Assembly (NCBI GenBank): GCA_010909165.1
Contig: VJWM01000119.1
Location: 310,001 to 374,000, forward strand
Direction of reading: 5' to 3'
Length of the DNA stretch: 64,000 bases
DNA from: Anthoceros angustus
Taxonomy: Eukaryota; Plantae; Anthocerotophyta
Made by a program: the position numbers and the translations under genes. The notes beneath the pieces were generated by a model. The model was not told where the DNA came from. It ran no database searches and was given only the letters and a program-made list of their open reading frames with translations. Below are positions 48,108 through 60,520 of this stretch, in pieces (position 1 is the first letter of the stretch; each line of letters begins with the position of its first letter).

Positions 48108-49021
48108 TTACAATGCATATGGACTAGCTTGTTGTGGAAATGCTGTCATTCCTACTTGGTTTTGCACTGCAGGTCTCCAATCCTCTAGAGATTTTGCAAA
48201 CAATATATAGTACAATAAACCAAATATACAATTGAAAAAAATAAAAGCGGCTCCTGCTGCAAAGACTCCCTTTGACATTGTTTTGCAAGTTAAATATTGT
48301 CCAAGAGGCATAGCAGTTTTCGTATGGATTGAATTGTGACTACATCCAGCTAATAAACATATCTCCGCAATGCTCCAACAAAGCCTACAATTATCATAAA
48401 CTAGTATTTATATTTGAATCACCCAATCACAAAACTACTTAGAAACTGTGTACTACGGCAACCATACTTTAAGGATGTCTAGGCCCACTATAGCTCAATA
48501 AATTTTCAACTTTGAGGCTTTATGTTTAATAGGGGCGAATAGTTTGAGCAGTATACATTATGGAAAACTTCATTATCAATGAGTAAAAGTTTTGTACATA
48601 CCATACAAGTATAAAACTTATAATGCCACAAATTCGACCGCAACCTGGCTTATGAGCACCTCCGCAACAATAACAACGTGTAGCACCCATCAACAGAAGA
48701 TGAGCTAAAATCAAAAACAGAAAAGAGAATGCTCCAAGACCCGTGGATACATCTGGCTTGTATTGGCAGGTGTACAATTTGGTTGTGTTGTCATACACAA
48801 CAGTTGCCTATACAATTTTCAAGGCAGTAAATTCCAGGACTTCATACCTTCAGTGTCTATTGAAGTAATTATAAAACTTAAAAGCTAAAACATTCACAAA
48901 GTAATACAATGTATAGATCACATACCGTGCTTCTTTTTTGCTCGGCAGAAACTGCACAAGAAAATGCAATGATGTACAAAATAAAAGAACTGATACACAC
49001 TAGTACAGATATTTTGCCCAT
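48108..49021 (-). CDS. DUF1218 family (Cys-rich transmembrane, MWL-like) protein, 3 exons
   Basis: IIAFSCAVSAEQKRST|ATVVYD..YTCQYKPDVSTGLG..MGATRCYCCG..ILVW|LCWSIAEICLLAG..CKTMSKGVFAAGAAF. In-frame GT-AG junctions. Confidence 0.88.
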
Positions 49022-49056
49022 AATATACTCCAAGGATTTCAAGTTTAAGTTTGAGC

Positions 49057-49551
49057 GATACATTATGGAAAACTTCATTATCAATGAGTAAAAGTTTTGT
49101 ACATACCATACAAGTATAAAACTTATAATGCCACAAATTCGACCGCAACGGCTTATGAGCACCTCAATAATAATAACGTAGCACCCATCAATGAAGATGA
49201 GCTAAAATCAAAAACAGAAAAGAGAATGCTCCAAGACCCGTGGATACATCTCGCTTGTATTGGCGGTGTACAATTTGTTGTGTTGTCATACACAACAGTT
49301 GCCTATACAATTTTCAAGGCAGTAAATTCCAGGACTTCATACCTTCAGTGTCTATTGAAGTAATTATAAAACTTAAAAGCTAAAACATTCACAAAGTAAT
49401 ACAATGTATAGATCACATACCGTGCTTCTTTTTTGCTCGGCAGAAACTGCACAAGAAAATGCAATGATGTACAAAATAAAAGAACTGATACACACTAGTA
49501 CAGATATTTTGCCCATAATATACTCCAAGGATTTCAAGTTTAAGTTTGAGC
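49057..49551 (-). pseudogene. Tandem partial duplicate of DUF1218 exons 1-2, frameshifted
   Basis: Copy of 48550-49056 with AGTTTGAGC at all three junctions. Several 1-3 bp deletions in the exon 2 copy. Confidence 0.85.
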
Positions 49552-50315
49552 TGATTCATAGGTCAAGATTCCTAGAACATGTTGGTCTTCTCAAACATAG
49601 ATGATTTTCATGAAAGGTTCAATCTACTTTCTCACTTTTACTCTTGGACGAAGTTTTGTCCACCTTGGGTATCTTTAATATACGACTCAACACAAAGCAT
49701 AACAATAGAATCTTTAGCAAGCTCTCAACAAAAAATGTTACTGTTTCCGTCATTGCTTGGCCACACTTGTTTGTCATAGTGCTGGACATCATAGTTGTTA
49801 CATAAAGAAATACATGATGCGCCCCCTGACCACATATTTGTATCACTACATTGCGGCTAGATGAGGTAATCACACTTACAAAACTCTTCCGCACTTATGT
49901 GAGGTACCTCAAGCTCTTTGAACCACTTCAAAAGCTCTTGATTTTTCAATGGATATGTTTCTTATGCCTTTTGCAAGATCATGAGTACATATTTGTTCTT
50001 GGATGTTAGTATTGAAAATAAGATTGTGAACTTTGTGTAATGGGTGAAAATTTTACCTTAAAAATTATAATTATAATTTGGATAAAACTACATAGGTGTA
50101 CGTGAATAGGTGTAGAAATAAATAAATAAATAAATAAAACCCTAAAAATTAAATTTTCAAATTAAATTAGATATTTTAAGCTTATATTATCACATTTTAA
50201 AGGATGTACATTCGTCGGCACTATGCGTATGAGAAATATAGCTCTTTATTACAAAGGGTGCGAATGCCCACTTCTACTAGTGGAGGGCGACTAGGTTTGC
50301 TCATGCTTGCTTACT

Positions 50316-50376
50316 TAGATAGCCATTTTTCCCTCCTAGATAGCCATTTTTCCCTCCTAGATAGCCATTTTTCCTT
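50316..50376 (+). repeat. 21-bp tandem repeat, 3 copies
   Basis: TAGATAGCCATTTTTCCCTCC at 50316, 50337 and 50358. Confidence 0.9.
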
Positions 50377-51089
50377 CCCATCTAGGAAGGATTTCAGCGT
50401 CTTCACCAAGATGTCCAAAATGTGTTGGCTCGTAGAGGAGAGAAACAAATGTGCAAACCCAGCAAACATTTTTGCAGGGCTAGCTTAAGGGATCATATTT
50501 GCCCTCTCCCTTGCGGCCATGGTCTCCGTTCAGGTGCCATACTGTTTTTCCAACTCAAAGGCGACGTGGTCTCAAAGTACCGAAAATGGCACGGAAATGT
50601 CTGCTGGGTTCTGGCTCTTCACTTATCCACTATGAGTGCAGTTACGGTTTCAATTCACTCTTCCCCCCCAGGTGATTGGAGGTGACAGGGTTTTGCCTTC
50701 ACATGCCACAGTACGAATATTAGGATTTTCCCACATAATACAAGACTCCTGAAATTTTAGTTTCTGGGGTGCCAAGCTCGTAACGAACGAACCGCCCTTG
50801 CCTGAATCTTCTCTGCAGCACAAAATGAAGCAAGTGAGCTGGGATGGTAACAAGTCGCAAGAACACACTCATGCAATAGTGACACTGGAGTTGTGCATCA
50901 CTGGGAGGCCTTGCCGCCGTGGTTGAGGCAACCTACCACTTCCCGGGACACCCCGCTTCGAATCCGACACACGGCGGCGGCGTCAGCATGGCTTCCAGTG
51001 AGTAAAAGATAGTCTCCAAGCCGGACGGGATTGTTGCAAGGTCTGATCCCTCGCTGGTTCTTTGACTCACCTGCTGGATGGGGCAAGCC

Positions 51090-53515
51090 ATGAAGTCTGT
51101 AATCTCAGCAGCACGCAACTGCTCTGCACCGCGGGTGTACCGAAGTAGCAAGAACGTTGGCCATAGCTTACGGAATCGGGAGAACGGCACCAAAAGCGGA
51201 AGGAAGGAAGGTGAGTGTTTGCCCTGATGCAGAATTTGAGAGTTTGCCCTGATACAGAATTTCGGGCAACCTTACACCTGAGCAGATTTGCAGACTTTGC
51301 ATTTCCGTTGTCACACATGTAACACTTGCCTTCATGCAGGGTTGCAGGTAGTAGAGCTTCCTTGGGAGCTCTGGTGAAGCTGTGTAAGGAAGGATGTGTG
51401 CATGAGGTACTGACTGTCCTGGAAGCACGCAACCAGCAAGGCATGTGTGTGTACGATAAGAACATATTCCATCAGCTTTTGCAACGCTCCATCCAGGCCA
51501 AGGACTTGGCAATAGGCAGGGAAGTACACGGGCTTATCATCAGGACTGGGTTTCAGGCAAACCCTGCTTTGGGAAACCACCTGATTCGAATGTATGCTGT
51601 TTGTGGGAGTCTGCTGGAAGCCACGGAAGTGTTCAGGAACCTGCAAACACCGGATGTTTTTTCGTGGACTGCTCTTATGACAGGATTTGTTAAGCATGGG
51701 CAAAGTGAGCAGGCTTTGAAGCTTTACGAGCAGATGCAGGGCTCAAGCGTGAAACCGGATAACTATATCTATGTCGCGGTGATTGGAGCATGTGCCACAA
51801 CTGCAGCATTGGCACAAGGGAAGCTAATCCATGGTCATGTGAGGGAAAGTGGCTTTGGTTCACATATCTACATTGGGAACTCTCTTATTGATATGTATGC
51901 GAAGTGTCAGAGCCTTGAGGACGCACGCAAAGTGTTTGACTCATTGCCGGCCAGGGATCTTATTTCGTGGAATTCCATGATTGGAGGATATGTGCAGCAG
52001 GGACTGAATCAGATGGCTTTTGAGCTCTTTGAGCAAATGCAGAAAGAGGGCATTCACCCAGACAGACTTACCTTTCTCAGCATTCTAAAAGCATGCTGTA
52101 ATACACAAGCCCTGACTCAAGGCAAGCTGATCCATGCTCAATTGTTGCAGTGTGGCTTTGGATCAGATGCGTTTATTGGGACCACTCTCATTGACATGTA
52201 TTGCAAGTGCGGGAGCCTGGAGGATGCACGGAGAGTGTTTGACGATGTGCGAACAAGAGATGTGGCGCTTTGGAATGCCATAATCACTGGATACTCTCAA
52301 CAGGCTCTTGGTCAAGAAGCAATGGACTTGTTCCAGCAGATGCAAGCAGAGGGCTTCCCACCAAATCGAGTGACGTATCTCAGTGTCTTAAAAGCGTTCT
52401 CTGGTACAGCTGCACTAGATCTGGTGAAGGTGATTCACTCACACATCAGAGAGACTGCATTCAAGATGGACGTCTTTTTAGGGAGCACCCTTATTGATAT
52501 GTATGCCAAATGCAGGAGCCTCCAGGAGGCTCGCAGTGTCTTTGAGCGACTGCCTGCTAGAGACCTTGTTTCATGGACGGCACTGATCAGGGGGTACGTG
52601 GAGAACGATAACCTGAAGGAGGCTATCCAGCTGTTTCATCAAATGCAACAACAGGGCTTGCATCCAGACAAGGTCACTCTGGTGAGCATACTCAAAGCTT
52701 GTGGGAGTGCAGCTGCGCTGGATCAAGGCACGAGACTTCATGCACACGTCATGGACCAGGGACTTGATTCGGACACAGGAGTCTCCAACACCCTCATTGA
52801 CATGTATGCCAAGTGTGGTAGTCTGGGTGACGCACGGTCAGTGTTTGACAGGCTGACGAACAAAGATCAGGCCTCATGGACTGTCACCATCGCAGCACAC
52901 TGTCAGCACGGGGATTTCCAAGAGGCCCTGCGACTGTTTCACGCAATGCAGCTGGAAGGAGTGCGTCCAGACAGAATTACATTTGTCTGTCTACTTTCTG
53001 CCTGTAGCCATGTTGGTTCTGTGGATGAAGGTATACGACTGTTCCAATCCATGCCCCATGTGTGTGGGACGGTCCCGGACATGGAGCACTATTCATGCAT
53101 GGTGGACCTTCTGGGCCGTGCTGGGTATTTGGCTGAGGCAGAGGAACTGATCAGCAAAATGCCCTCAGAACCTGGGGTGGTGGTTTTGACATCGTTGCTG
53201 GGAGCTTGTCGAACTTACGGCAATGTGGATCTCGGCAGGCGATCGTTTGAGTCCATATTGAAGCTCGATTCTAGCAACTCTGGTGCATACATGCTCATGG
53301 CACACATCTACGCTGAAGCTGGGCTGTGGGATGATAAAGCAGACATCATGAGGATGATGCGAAGCGCTTGCGCACACAAGGAGGTTGGACGAACGTGGAT
53401 GACATTTGGTGCTGAGGAACACACTTTTGTGGTCGAGGACACATTGCATTCCGAGAGACGGCAAATCTATGCTGCAATTGAGAAACTCATGGGAGAAATT
53501 CATTTGCTGAACTGA
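51090..53515 (+). CDS. PLS-class pentatricopeptide repeat protein, E+ subclass (organellar RNA-editing specificity factor)
   Basis: Tandem P-L-S motifs (GNSLIDMYAKC, DLISWNSMIGGY, PDRLTFLSILKAC), then E1/E2 (HYSCMVDLLGRAG, SLLGACRTYG) and an E+ segment that ends without the DYW catalytic core. Predicted basic exon 1 (51090-51210) splices in frame to 51348. Confidence 0.95.
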
Positions 53516-54622
53516 CCTAAGCCTACGACGGTGGATCTCTACTGTGCAACCTTTCGACGGTGATTGAGGCTAACGTTTGAGGGACCTGCACAGGGACTGC
53601 ACCGGGGCAATCCCTGTCCAAACGCAAGGAATCTTAACCGACAATGCATTCTCGCCCTCTTAACCGACAAACCATTCTCCCTCTCGTGATGGTAAGTCCC
53701 GCAAGATTTGACTTCATAGTCACCATTCCAGGATCCAGGAAAGATTCGAGCGAGATCAGGTTGCTGACACAGCCCATAGTGTTGCGCTGGAAGATAAAAG
53801 ACGATAGATAGGTTAGGATGCTGGCTACGCAGAGATATCGGACAGTGTCAGGATGATTCAAGCTCAACCATAATTAGCTCGGCAGTGTGTCCTGGTTGGA
53901 GATCAAGAGGGTGCACATAGTTGACAAACAAATCAACGAGAAAGGCATTCAGCTGGATCAAACAATTTCAAAAGGGTTTAGGGTTGCACTGCTAAGGCTG
54001 CAATGATCAAAAGTTACGGGTACTCCGTGCGGTCATCCAGGTCTCCATCCTGGTCATCAACGACGGCAGAATTTCGAAACCAGTTAGTAAGTGCGATTTG
54101 CGTAGTAACAAACAGGCCTCCTGGGCCCCAGAGTGAGACCGGTGCACTTCAGAACTCAAGGCTCACCTCGGGTGGACGCCTGTCTCTCAAGACGCGACCA
54201 GATTAGCAAGGACGACAGAGTGCTCGAAGGTGTGCATGCGTGACACCAGAGCCACTGTGCAAGACACTAGATGTGTTGCACGGTCTGCAGTCTGGTTCTG
54301 CGAGTTCAAGAGAATTAATCAGGTCACAGCTTTGAAATCAAAACCTGTCCTTGGGAGGTCCAACTCGCAGCCCAAGAAGCATGGAGAAAAAGCCAACAAA
54401 ACTTTGAAGCATCACAGTCGTTCAAAGTCTCATCTTGACATATGCAACGACAAATGCCTCCAAGCCGAATGTTCACCTGTTTTCGGCAGTCATTTAAAGC
54501 AGAAGTCCTCCTAACAGGAAATAATTATCTCCTACCAACTTCCTCCAGCAGGAAGCTTGTTCAACCTTGATTGCAAGTGCTCCCATCCCGCGAGCCAAGA
54601 CTACGACAGCTCAGGGCATACA

Positions 54623-55340
54623 TTACTTCGGATTCCTCAACACAATAATAACAGAGTCACCTCGAAGAAACATCTTGCTAATGAATCTGTCTTTGTTCAC
54701 TGGCTGCGCCTTCTTTTTCCCCTTCCCTGTCTTGGGTACCTGCAACACATTACAACCGTTCAAGCTAAGTAGCGGGCAACACGTTATCCAACGTTCCCAT
54801 CGGACCACCCTGCGGCACGAGCCTATCAGGCCTCAGCACATTCACATCAGCATGAGTAGACAAAGAGCATCAAACCCCAATAAACACTCAAAGACCTCGT
54901 CCAAGAAAGGCTTTCAAACGCGTACTTCTGTCCACATCTCCCTCACGTTCTCCAGCACCATGTTACAATGTCTGTCGAACGCCTTCACTCTTCCAAGCAG
55001 TTTCTTATTGTTCCGGCAATTTATCAAAACCTGCAAAGCCAGTAGCCAGGTTTGTCAAGAGGGACAGTGTGAAGCACACCGCCGACGCCTACAGCCGGCA
55101 ATAGACTTGCGGCACTTCGCCACTACAGCTGCCACTAACCTGCGTGTTATTCTTCACACTCATCGTGAGAACCGAAAGCGGCCCTGTGCTAAATTCTTGC
55201 TCCTCCGTCTTTTCCTGAGGAAATTAACACAGCAGACATGAGTTTCGCTCCCGCAACAAGCTGTTCATTCTTGGATCAACCAGTGAAGTCACTGAACATA
55301 CCGTCTCCTCTTCCATCGGCCTTGCCCCGACGCCCGACAT
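54623..55340 (-). CDS. SmD2: Small nuclear ribonucleoprotein Sm D2, 4 exons
   Basis: [22 protein letters not shown]|[35 protein letters not shown]|[38 protein letters not shown]. Confidence 0.98.
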
Positions 55341-55439
55341 CGCTCTGAGCGCAGAAAGCACTGTTCTCAAACGCGACAGCACCGACGTGGTTGAGAAATA
55401 GGGTACCTATACCGCTATGTACAACTTAGGAGTCCTAAT

Positions 55440-55852
55440 GTGTCATTTTGACCGAGTACTAGCTCAGTCCCCGGGACCGCCTAGCCTGGCTACGCTCGGT
55501 CCCGGACCGAGCAGGGACCGTGCCGACCCTTGGTCATTAAATATAATAAATATTAAATAAATAATTTATAAATAATAATATAAAAGACTGCGGAGTCCGT
55601 AGACTGCAGCCCAGCGGCAGACTGCAAGCTGCGTCCATGATAAGATGTCCATGTGTCCATAATAAATATAAATCCTTGGATATAAAATTAAGTAATTTAC
55701 TAATTTTAAACCGAACCTTTATGAACCTCGGTCCCGAGGGTAATAGAGACCGAGGGTGGGGACGGACTCTTGAAGAACCTCCGGTCCCATGTTTTTTTTA
55801 ACACATGCCGGGACCGGGACCGAGCTTGGGACGGGGTCAAAATGACACCCTG
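55440..55852. mobile_element. hAT-family MITE in the SmD2 promoter, damaged left end
   Basis: Right TIR GGTCAAAATGACACCCTG (reverse complement CAGGGTGTCATTTTGACC) followed by 8-bp CTTAGGAC. Left TIR remnant GTGTCATTTTGACC preceded by CTTAGGA. Subterminal GGGACCG/CGGTCCC repeats. Confidence 0.8.
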
Positions 55853-57586
55853 CTTAGGACTCGTTTCAGTTTTAGAGTGGAAATAAATGGGACCGCTTGC
55901 GCACCTACAAGGTAGAGTCGTCAACTGTTTTATGATTGAATCGAATTCCTTGCGGGATTCGATCTGGCGTTGCTAGCGGACTGGTGCGCGACACCGGCAG
56001 ATGCCATGAGCCGGTACATGCAGGCCGTCTTTATGCATACACAAAGTCGGCCCTCCAAATTGGGACCTCCATAAATCGGAACCTCCTTAATTGGGAGCTA
56101 GGGCAGGCGTTGCTCCCTTCAATATACAAAAGGCTATTTCTAAAATGCACCAATGAAGGCATTTAAATTCTGGATTTTGAGCTCGCAAATGGCAACATGA
56201 ATTAAACAATGGCAAGAGCCAACACTATGTTTCTAGATCATGTTGTCCAGGTGGAGGACTCATATGACGATCTACCACCTAGTTTGATGAAGAAGATAAG
56301 GGAGATGTTCAAAGATTAGCAAGCTTCGGAAGCCAATGAGTGAGAGAGCAATAATTCCAAGGAGCTTGACCTGAAGGACTAAGAAATAGTGAGCGGGGAA
56401 GATGCAGGCCAACTTGAATACCTCTGACTGGGAAGTCACTCTAATTCCATGTTTTGCTTTCTGGTATGATGAGTGTAGGACAACTCATACTAGAGTCAAG
56501 TTTGAGCTATGATACTTTATCATACATGTGATGTGTTTAGGCTTTGGTAGATATTGTCCGAAATGCGCATACTTAGTGCCCGTGTGTTATCCCTAGTTTC
56601 TGACCTCATCAAGGGAGCAAGGCCAGGCAACAGACCAAGGCGTGCCACTATTAGGAAGATCTTTTAAGAAGTGCTTATGTAGGACTCTAGTTTAGCCTAA
56701 GCCAGAGTTTTGGGACGTGTGTATCTTGCAAGTGGGGCTGTAGGATAAAGAGCTTCAGGTGATCAACAAGTTGATGGCACATTTTGATTGCTGTTCAATC
56801 AAGTTCTCCTTGACTATTTCACTGCCATATTTCTTGGCTAACCATTTGCATTCTTGTTGTTCAGATTCTCTATGTCTAGCACATGAGTTATGGACAGACT
56901 GATATAGCATCCTGACTTGTCTTCCTGACCCCATAATTATGTGCAAAAACTTATAACCACTCCAGTTGTGTTGTGCAGAGTTTGTTGAGTAAAGTCCAGT
57001 CAACCCCACAACGTTAACGTGCCAATTGCCGTATTTGCTATCCAAAGTTGATTGAGGTTGCTTATTCCAAGTTGTCATTTTTCTCCAATCTACACAGCCA
57101 CGAGATATGGAGCAACGAGCTCCATGTTCATTTCCAAGAATCTATGTCTAACATCATTCGTAGGAAGACCAATGAGTCTGTGTGTGCAGCGCAGTCATTG
57201 AGTTTTATCAATCACCTAATTCCCTGCCTTGATGTGCCAAGTTGGGCAAAGTTGATCAAGAAAAGATTACGCCATTTCCGGTATAGGGTTTTCGGGGACA
57301 GCGTGCATCCAAGGTCCCGTTTCGCGCAACACAGATGGCTCGACTGAACCTATTCCGATTGCTAAACGAATATCTTGTTTGGTTGTAGAACTTGACTTGG
57401 AACTACCCTAATTGTCAAAAATGAGTTTGCAACATTCAACATATGTGGTAATTTCTTTAAGGTTTAGGGTAATAATTTTAAAGACCAATCCAATTTTATA
57501 AATATTACTGAAACTAGAAAGTAATGACATATTGCGTAAGAAATTATGCTACGAGGTACTATTATCTGCCATGGAGATAACCAAAG

Positions 57587-57986
57587 GTGTCCTACATGTT
57601 AGAGAAGAAGTAGCAACAGGTATGTTGACCAACAGTGGAACTTCCCATCAACAAAAGATTCTTACAGGTGTTGGGCAAACTTCTGAGTGTCTTATATGTT
57701 AGAAAAGAAGTATCAACAGGTATGCTGACCAACACTGGAACTTCCCATCAACAAAAGATTTTTAGGGGTGTTGGCCAAACTTCTGAATGTCCTATATGTT
57801 AGAGAAGAAGTAGCAACAGGTATGTTGACCAACAATGGGACTTCCCGTCAACAAAAGATTCTTAGAGGTGTTGGCCAAACTTCTGAGTGTCCTATATGTT
57901 AGAGAAGAAATAGCCACAGGTATGCTGACCAACAGAGGAACTTCCCGTCAACAAAAGATTCTTAGAGGTGTTGGCCAAACTTCTGA
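57587..57986 (+). repeat. 4 x 100-bp tandem repeat
   Basis: Unit (G/A)TGTC(C/T)TA(C/T)ATGTTAGA...CAAACTTCTGA starts at 57587, 57687, 57787 and 57887. Confidence 0.95.
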
Positions 57987-59496
57987 ACTCCAACGAATGA
58001 AGGATATATTGTGACAAGCGAATATACTTCAACAAGCGTATTCAAACCCCTCACTCTATTGGCTTTCCATAAACTTCTAAGTCTATTTCTACACCAATCA
58101 TTTTAGTGCTTTGAAAGCGCCTTGCAAAATTCATTGTAAGATCCATTGTAAAATACCCCTTACCTTGTAGTAAGCTTGAGGAGTGTTGCCCGTGATATGG
58201 GAAACCATGTAATCATTAGACAATTATTTGCACGTATGATTTTTAAACACAATATCTAAATAGATTATAAACCGTTCTAACCAACACCTATCAATCACCT
58301 ATTAAACATCTTCATCTATCTGTGAATGCTCCAAACTTGTTGTGGCCCCCTTCGAGCTGAGGACGGTTGCTTGTGCAGGGGCGTAAGGGAGGCGAGGGTG
58401 CAATTTTCTCCATATCGAAGTCGCCAAAGATGATCACCTTAGATGTGACTGCTATCGCTGAACAACTCTGCAAAGCGCAAGGCTGCATTCAAAGCTGAGG
58501 CTGAGGAGTGGCAGAGCGAGCAATGGCATTGCATGATGCCCTCCTTGCCCTAGGAGTAGGTAGATTTCTCCTTTTAGTACATGTCCTGGAGTATGCATGT
58601 TACTTCTTTTGTTGCAACCCCCTCTTTAAGTTGGTTTGTTGCTGTTCTTTCTACAGCCAACCATAGCCAAAGCCTACTCAGCATGTGGTCATGGATTGTG
58701 TAGCTAAGGTAGTGACCGTTTGAAATCAAGTAGGGTCGCGTAACGGAGCTTGCGGTGAACTTGTGCCCAACAGAGGGTTGATAGCGTGCGTGACAACATC
58801 GCATGTTGATCTTCTGTCAAGAGTAGTTAGATTCTTTTTTAATTCGGTACTTGCATAACATCTCCTTTTTTAAGCCTACTTTGTTGCTGTTCTTCTTCAA
58901 AGCTACATTGGCCTATCACCTAACCCTGCAACTTTTGTTCGTATAATGCTCATGATGGTTATGAGGCAGTTTCCACTCGTTTGCAGTCGAATGGAGGAAG
59001 CTAGACACAACTTAGAACCCGTTGGATGCAAGCTTTTAAGATAATGCTTTTAAGATTCTGTGGCACAATGAAGGATGAAGCCATCATGAGGGCAGTATCT
59101 CTAAAAATTAAGAAAACGCTGGGCCAAGTCATTATGGGGTTAAGTAACTTGAATTCCTTGTTGCACAACCTAAGGCGATCCTTCGTGGTACTATGATCTC
59201 CCACGCTATACAAAAGCACCACGATGAACCTATTGAATGCGCTACCATTTTTTGCGAGGAGCAATAGAGGGTTATCTTTTGTTCCTCCATTCTATTGTGC
59301 AAAATACTTCCAACATGTTCATCATACTTGATCCAATTATTATTCTTTGTTCAATTCCTAAAAGCTTTGATTATATCTTGAACTTTCTAAAGGTATTTTA
59401 TATCATCCTGTAGTGAGGTATCAATGTTGATTGTGTAACTCCTTTTGAATAAATCTATAAGAAGTAGAGTAGACGTTATAAATAGGCAAGATGGGA

Positions 59497-59880
59497 AATC
59501 CCATCTACCACTGAAGTCCGAGGAGGAACAATCCAAAAAGGGCTAATAGTAAAAAGGGAAGTCCTAGTCCCCTCGAATGCCTTTCCTGTAACTACCTACT
59601 GCACCAATGATATCGTGATTAGGGATGATGAAGGGCCTACCTACCACCGGTGCCGAAGAAGCCGCTAGTCCTGTGCACGTAGCCGTCCTATAAACACCTT
59701 AGCCAGCGCTTTCTGTAGAGCTATGGGAATCCGCTGGCGAAAGAAAGCCACCACAGAGCGAAGGGGGAAGCTCCTCCAATTCCTGTGGCTGTGATAGGCT
59801 TTTGCACACTCCTTAATTAACCTAGAGAAGTCCTTGCCCATAGCCCCATTAGTCTTGAGGGTGAGGGGAAAAGAGATCAT
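59497..59880 (-). mobile_element. 3'-end fragment of the same CRE-like LINE family
   Basis: GAMGKDFSRLIKECAKAYHSHRN..FFRQRIPIALQKALA aligns with EAMGKDFFRLIKDCAKAYHSHRN..FFRQRVSIAQQRALA at 43018-43353. The 3' UTR similarity ends at the same CCCATCTACC point. Confidence 0.9.
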
Positions 59881-60141
59881 TTAAATCTATAAGAGATCAT
59901 TATATCTTTTCCATGGTGGCGCTCTAGAATATGGAGGGATCGAACTCCACAAATTCTACATGTGTATAGTTTGATGGTGAAAAGGCTTTCTTGGTGCTAA
60001 GAGGGCACACCTTCTCAAAAGCCTACCTATGAATGCTTGGTTGTGGGCCATAACCCGAAACGAAGATGAGACTTTCTGAAAGCCGTTGGTCAGGTTCCAA
60101 CTTACAAACATGGCCGTCGAGGTGGACTTGGCTACTCTACC

Positions 60142-60520
60142 TTACACAATCGAGGCGCAATTCTTTGCCGGAGAAGGAAGACTTGTCATAACAAAGGGGT
60201 TGGATACAAACAATGCCGCCGTGTTGGGTGGACTCGGCTGACGGACAAAGGGAGAAATGAAACAACGCAGTTGCAGAGTGGGCAATCTGCGCACGCGAAG
60301 AGCCCCACATGAGTCCGATAAGAAAGGTAGAGCCCTGGTCCACAAAGTCGCCGTCTATCGTTTTCCATGAAAACAAGCGGGAAGGGGTTCTCTAGGCTGG
60401 CGGGCCCGCGCCCTTGGGTGTGTCTTGTCCTCATCCCGGCACCTTCTTGGCGCCAGCCTCTCACATCAGCGCCAGCGTGCAGCGGCAGCGGTGCGGTAAC
60501 TGGTGGTAGTGGTTGGCGCC
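60142..60520 (-). pseudogene. Possible F-box remnant
   Basis: LPFLSDSCGAL...LFVSNP..SLPSP resembles FBA motifs (S.GGL.C, L.VCNP). The upstream F-box match is weak. Confidence 0.25.

Noticed and set aside
57587-57986. Regular repeats (also 8500-8765 and 45975-46345) as CRISPR arrays
   Set aside because: The units are contiguous with no unique spacers, there are no cas genes, and the context is eukaryotic.
60030-60135. HGRRGGLG as an L1-type RT thumb remnant
   Set aside because: One short motif amid stop codons is too little support.
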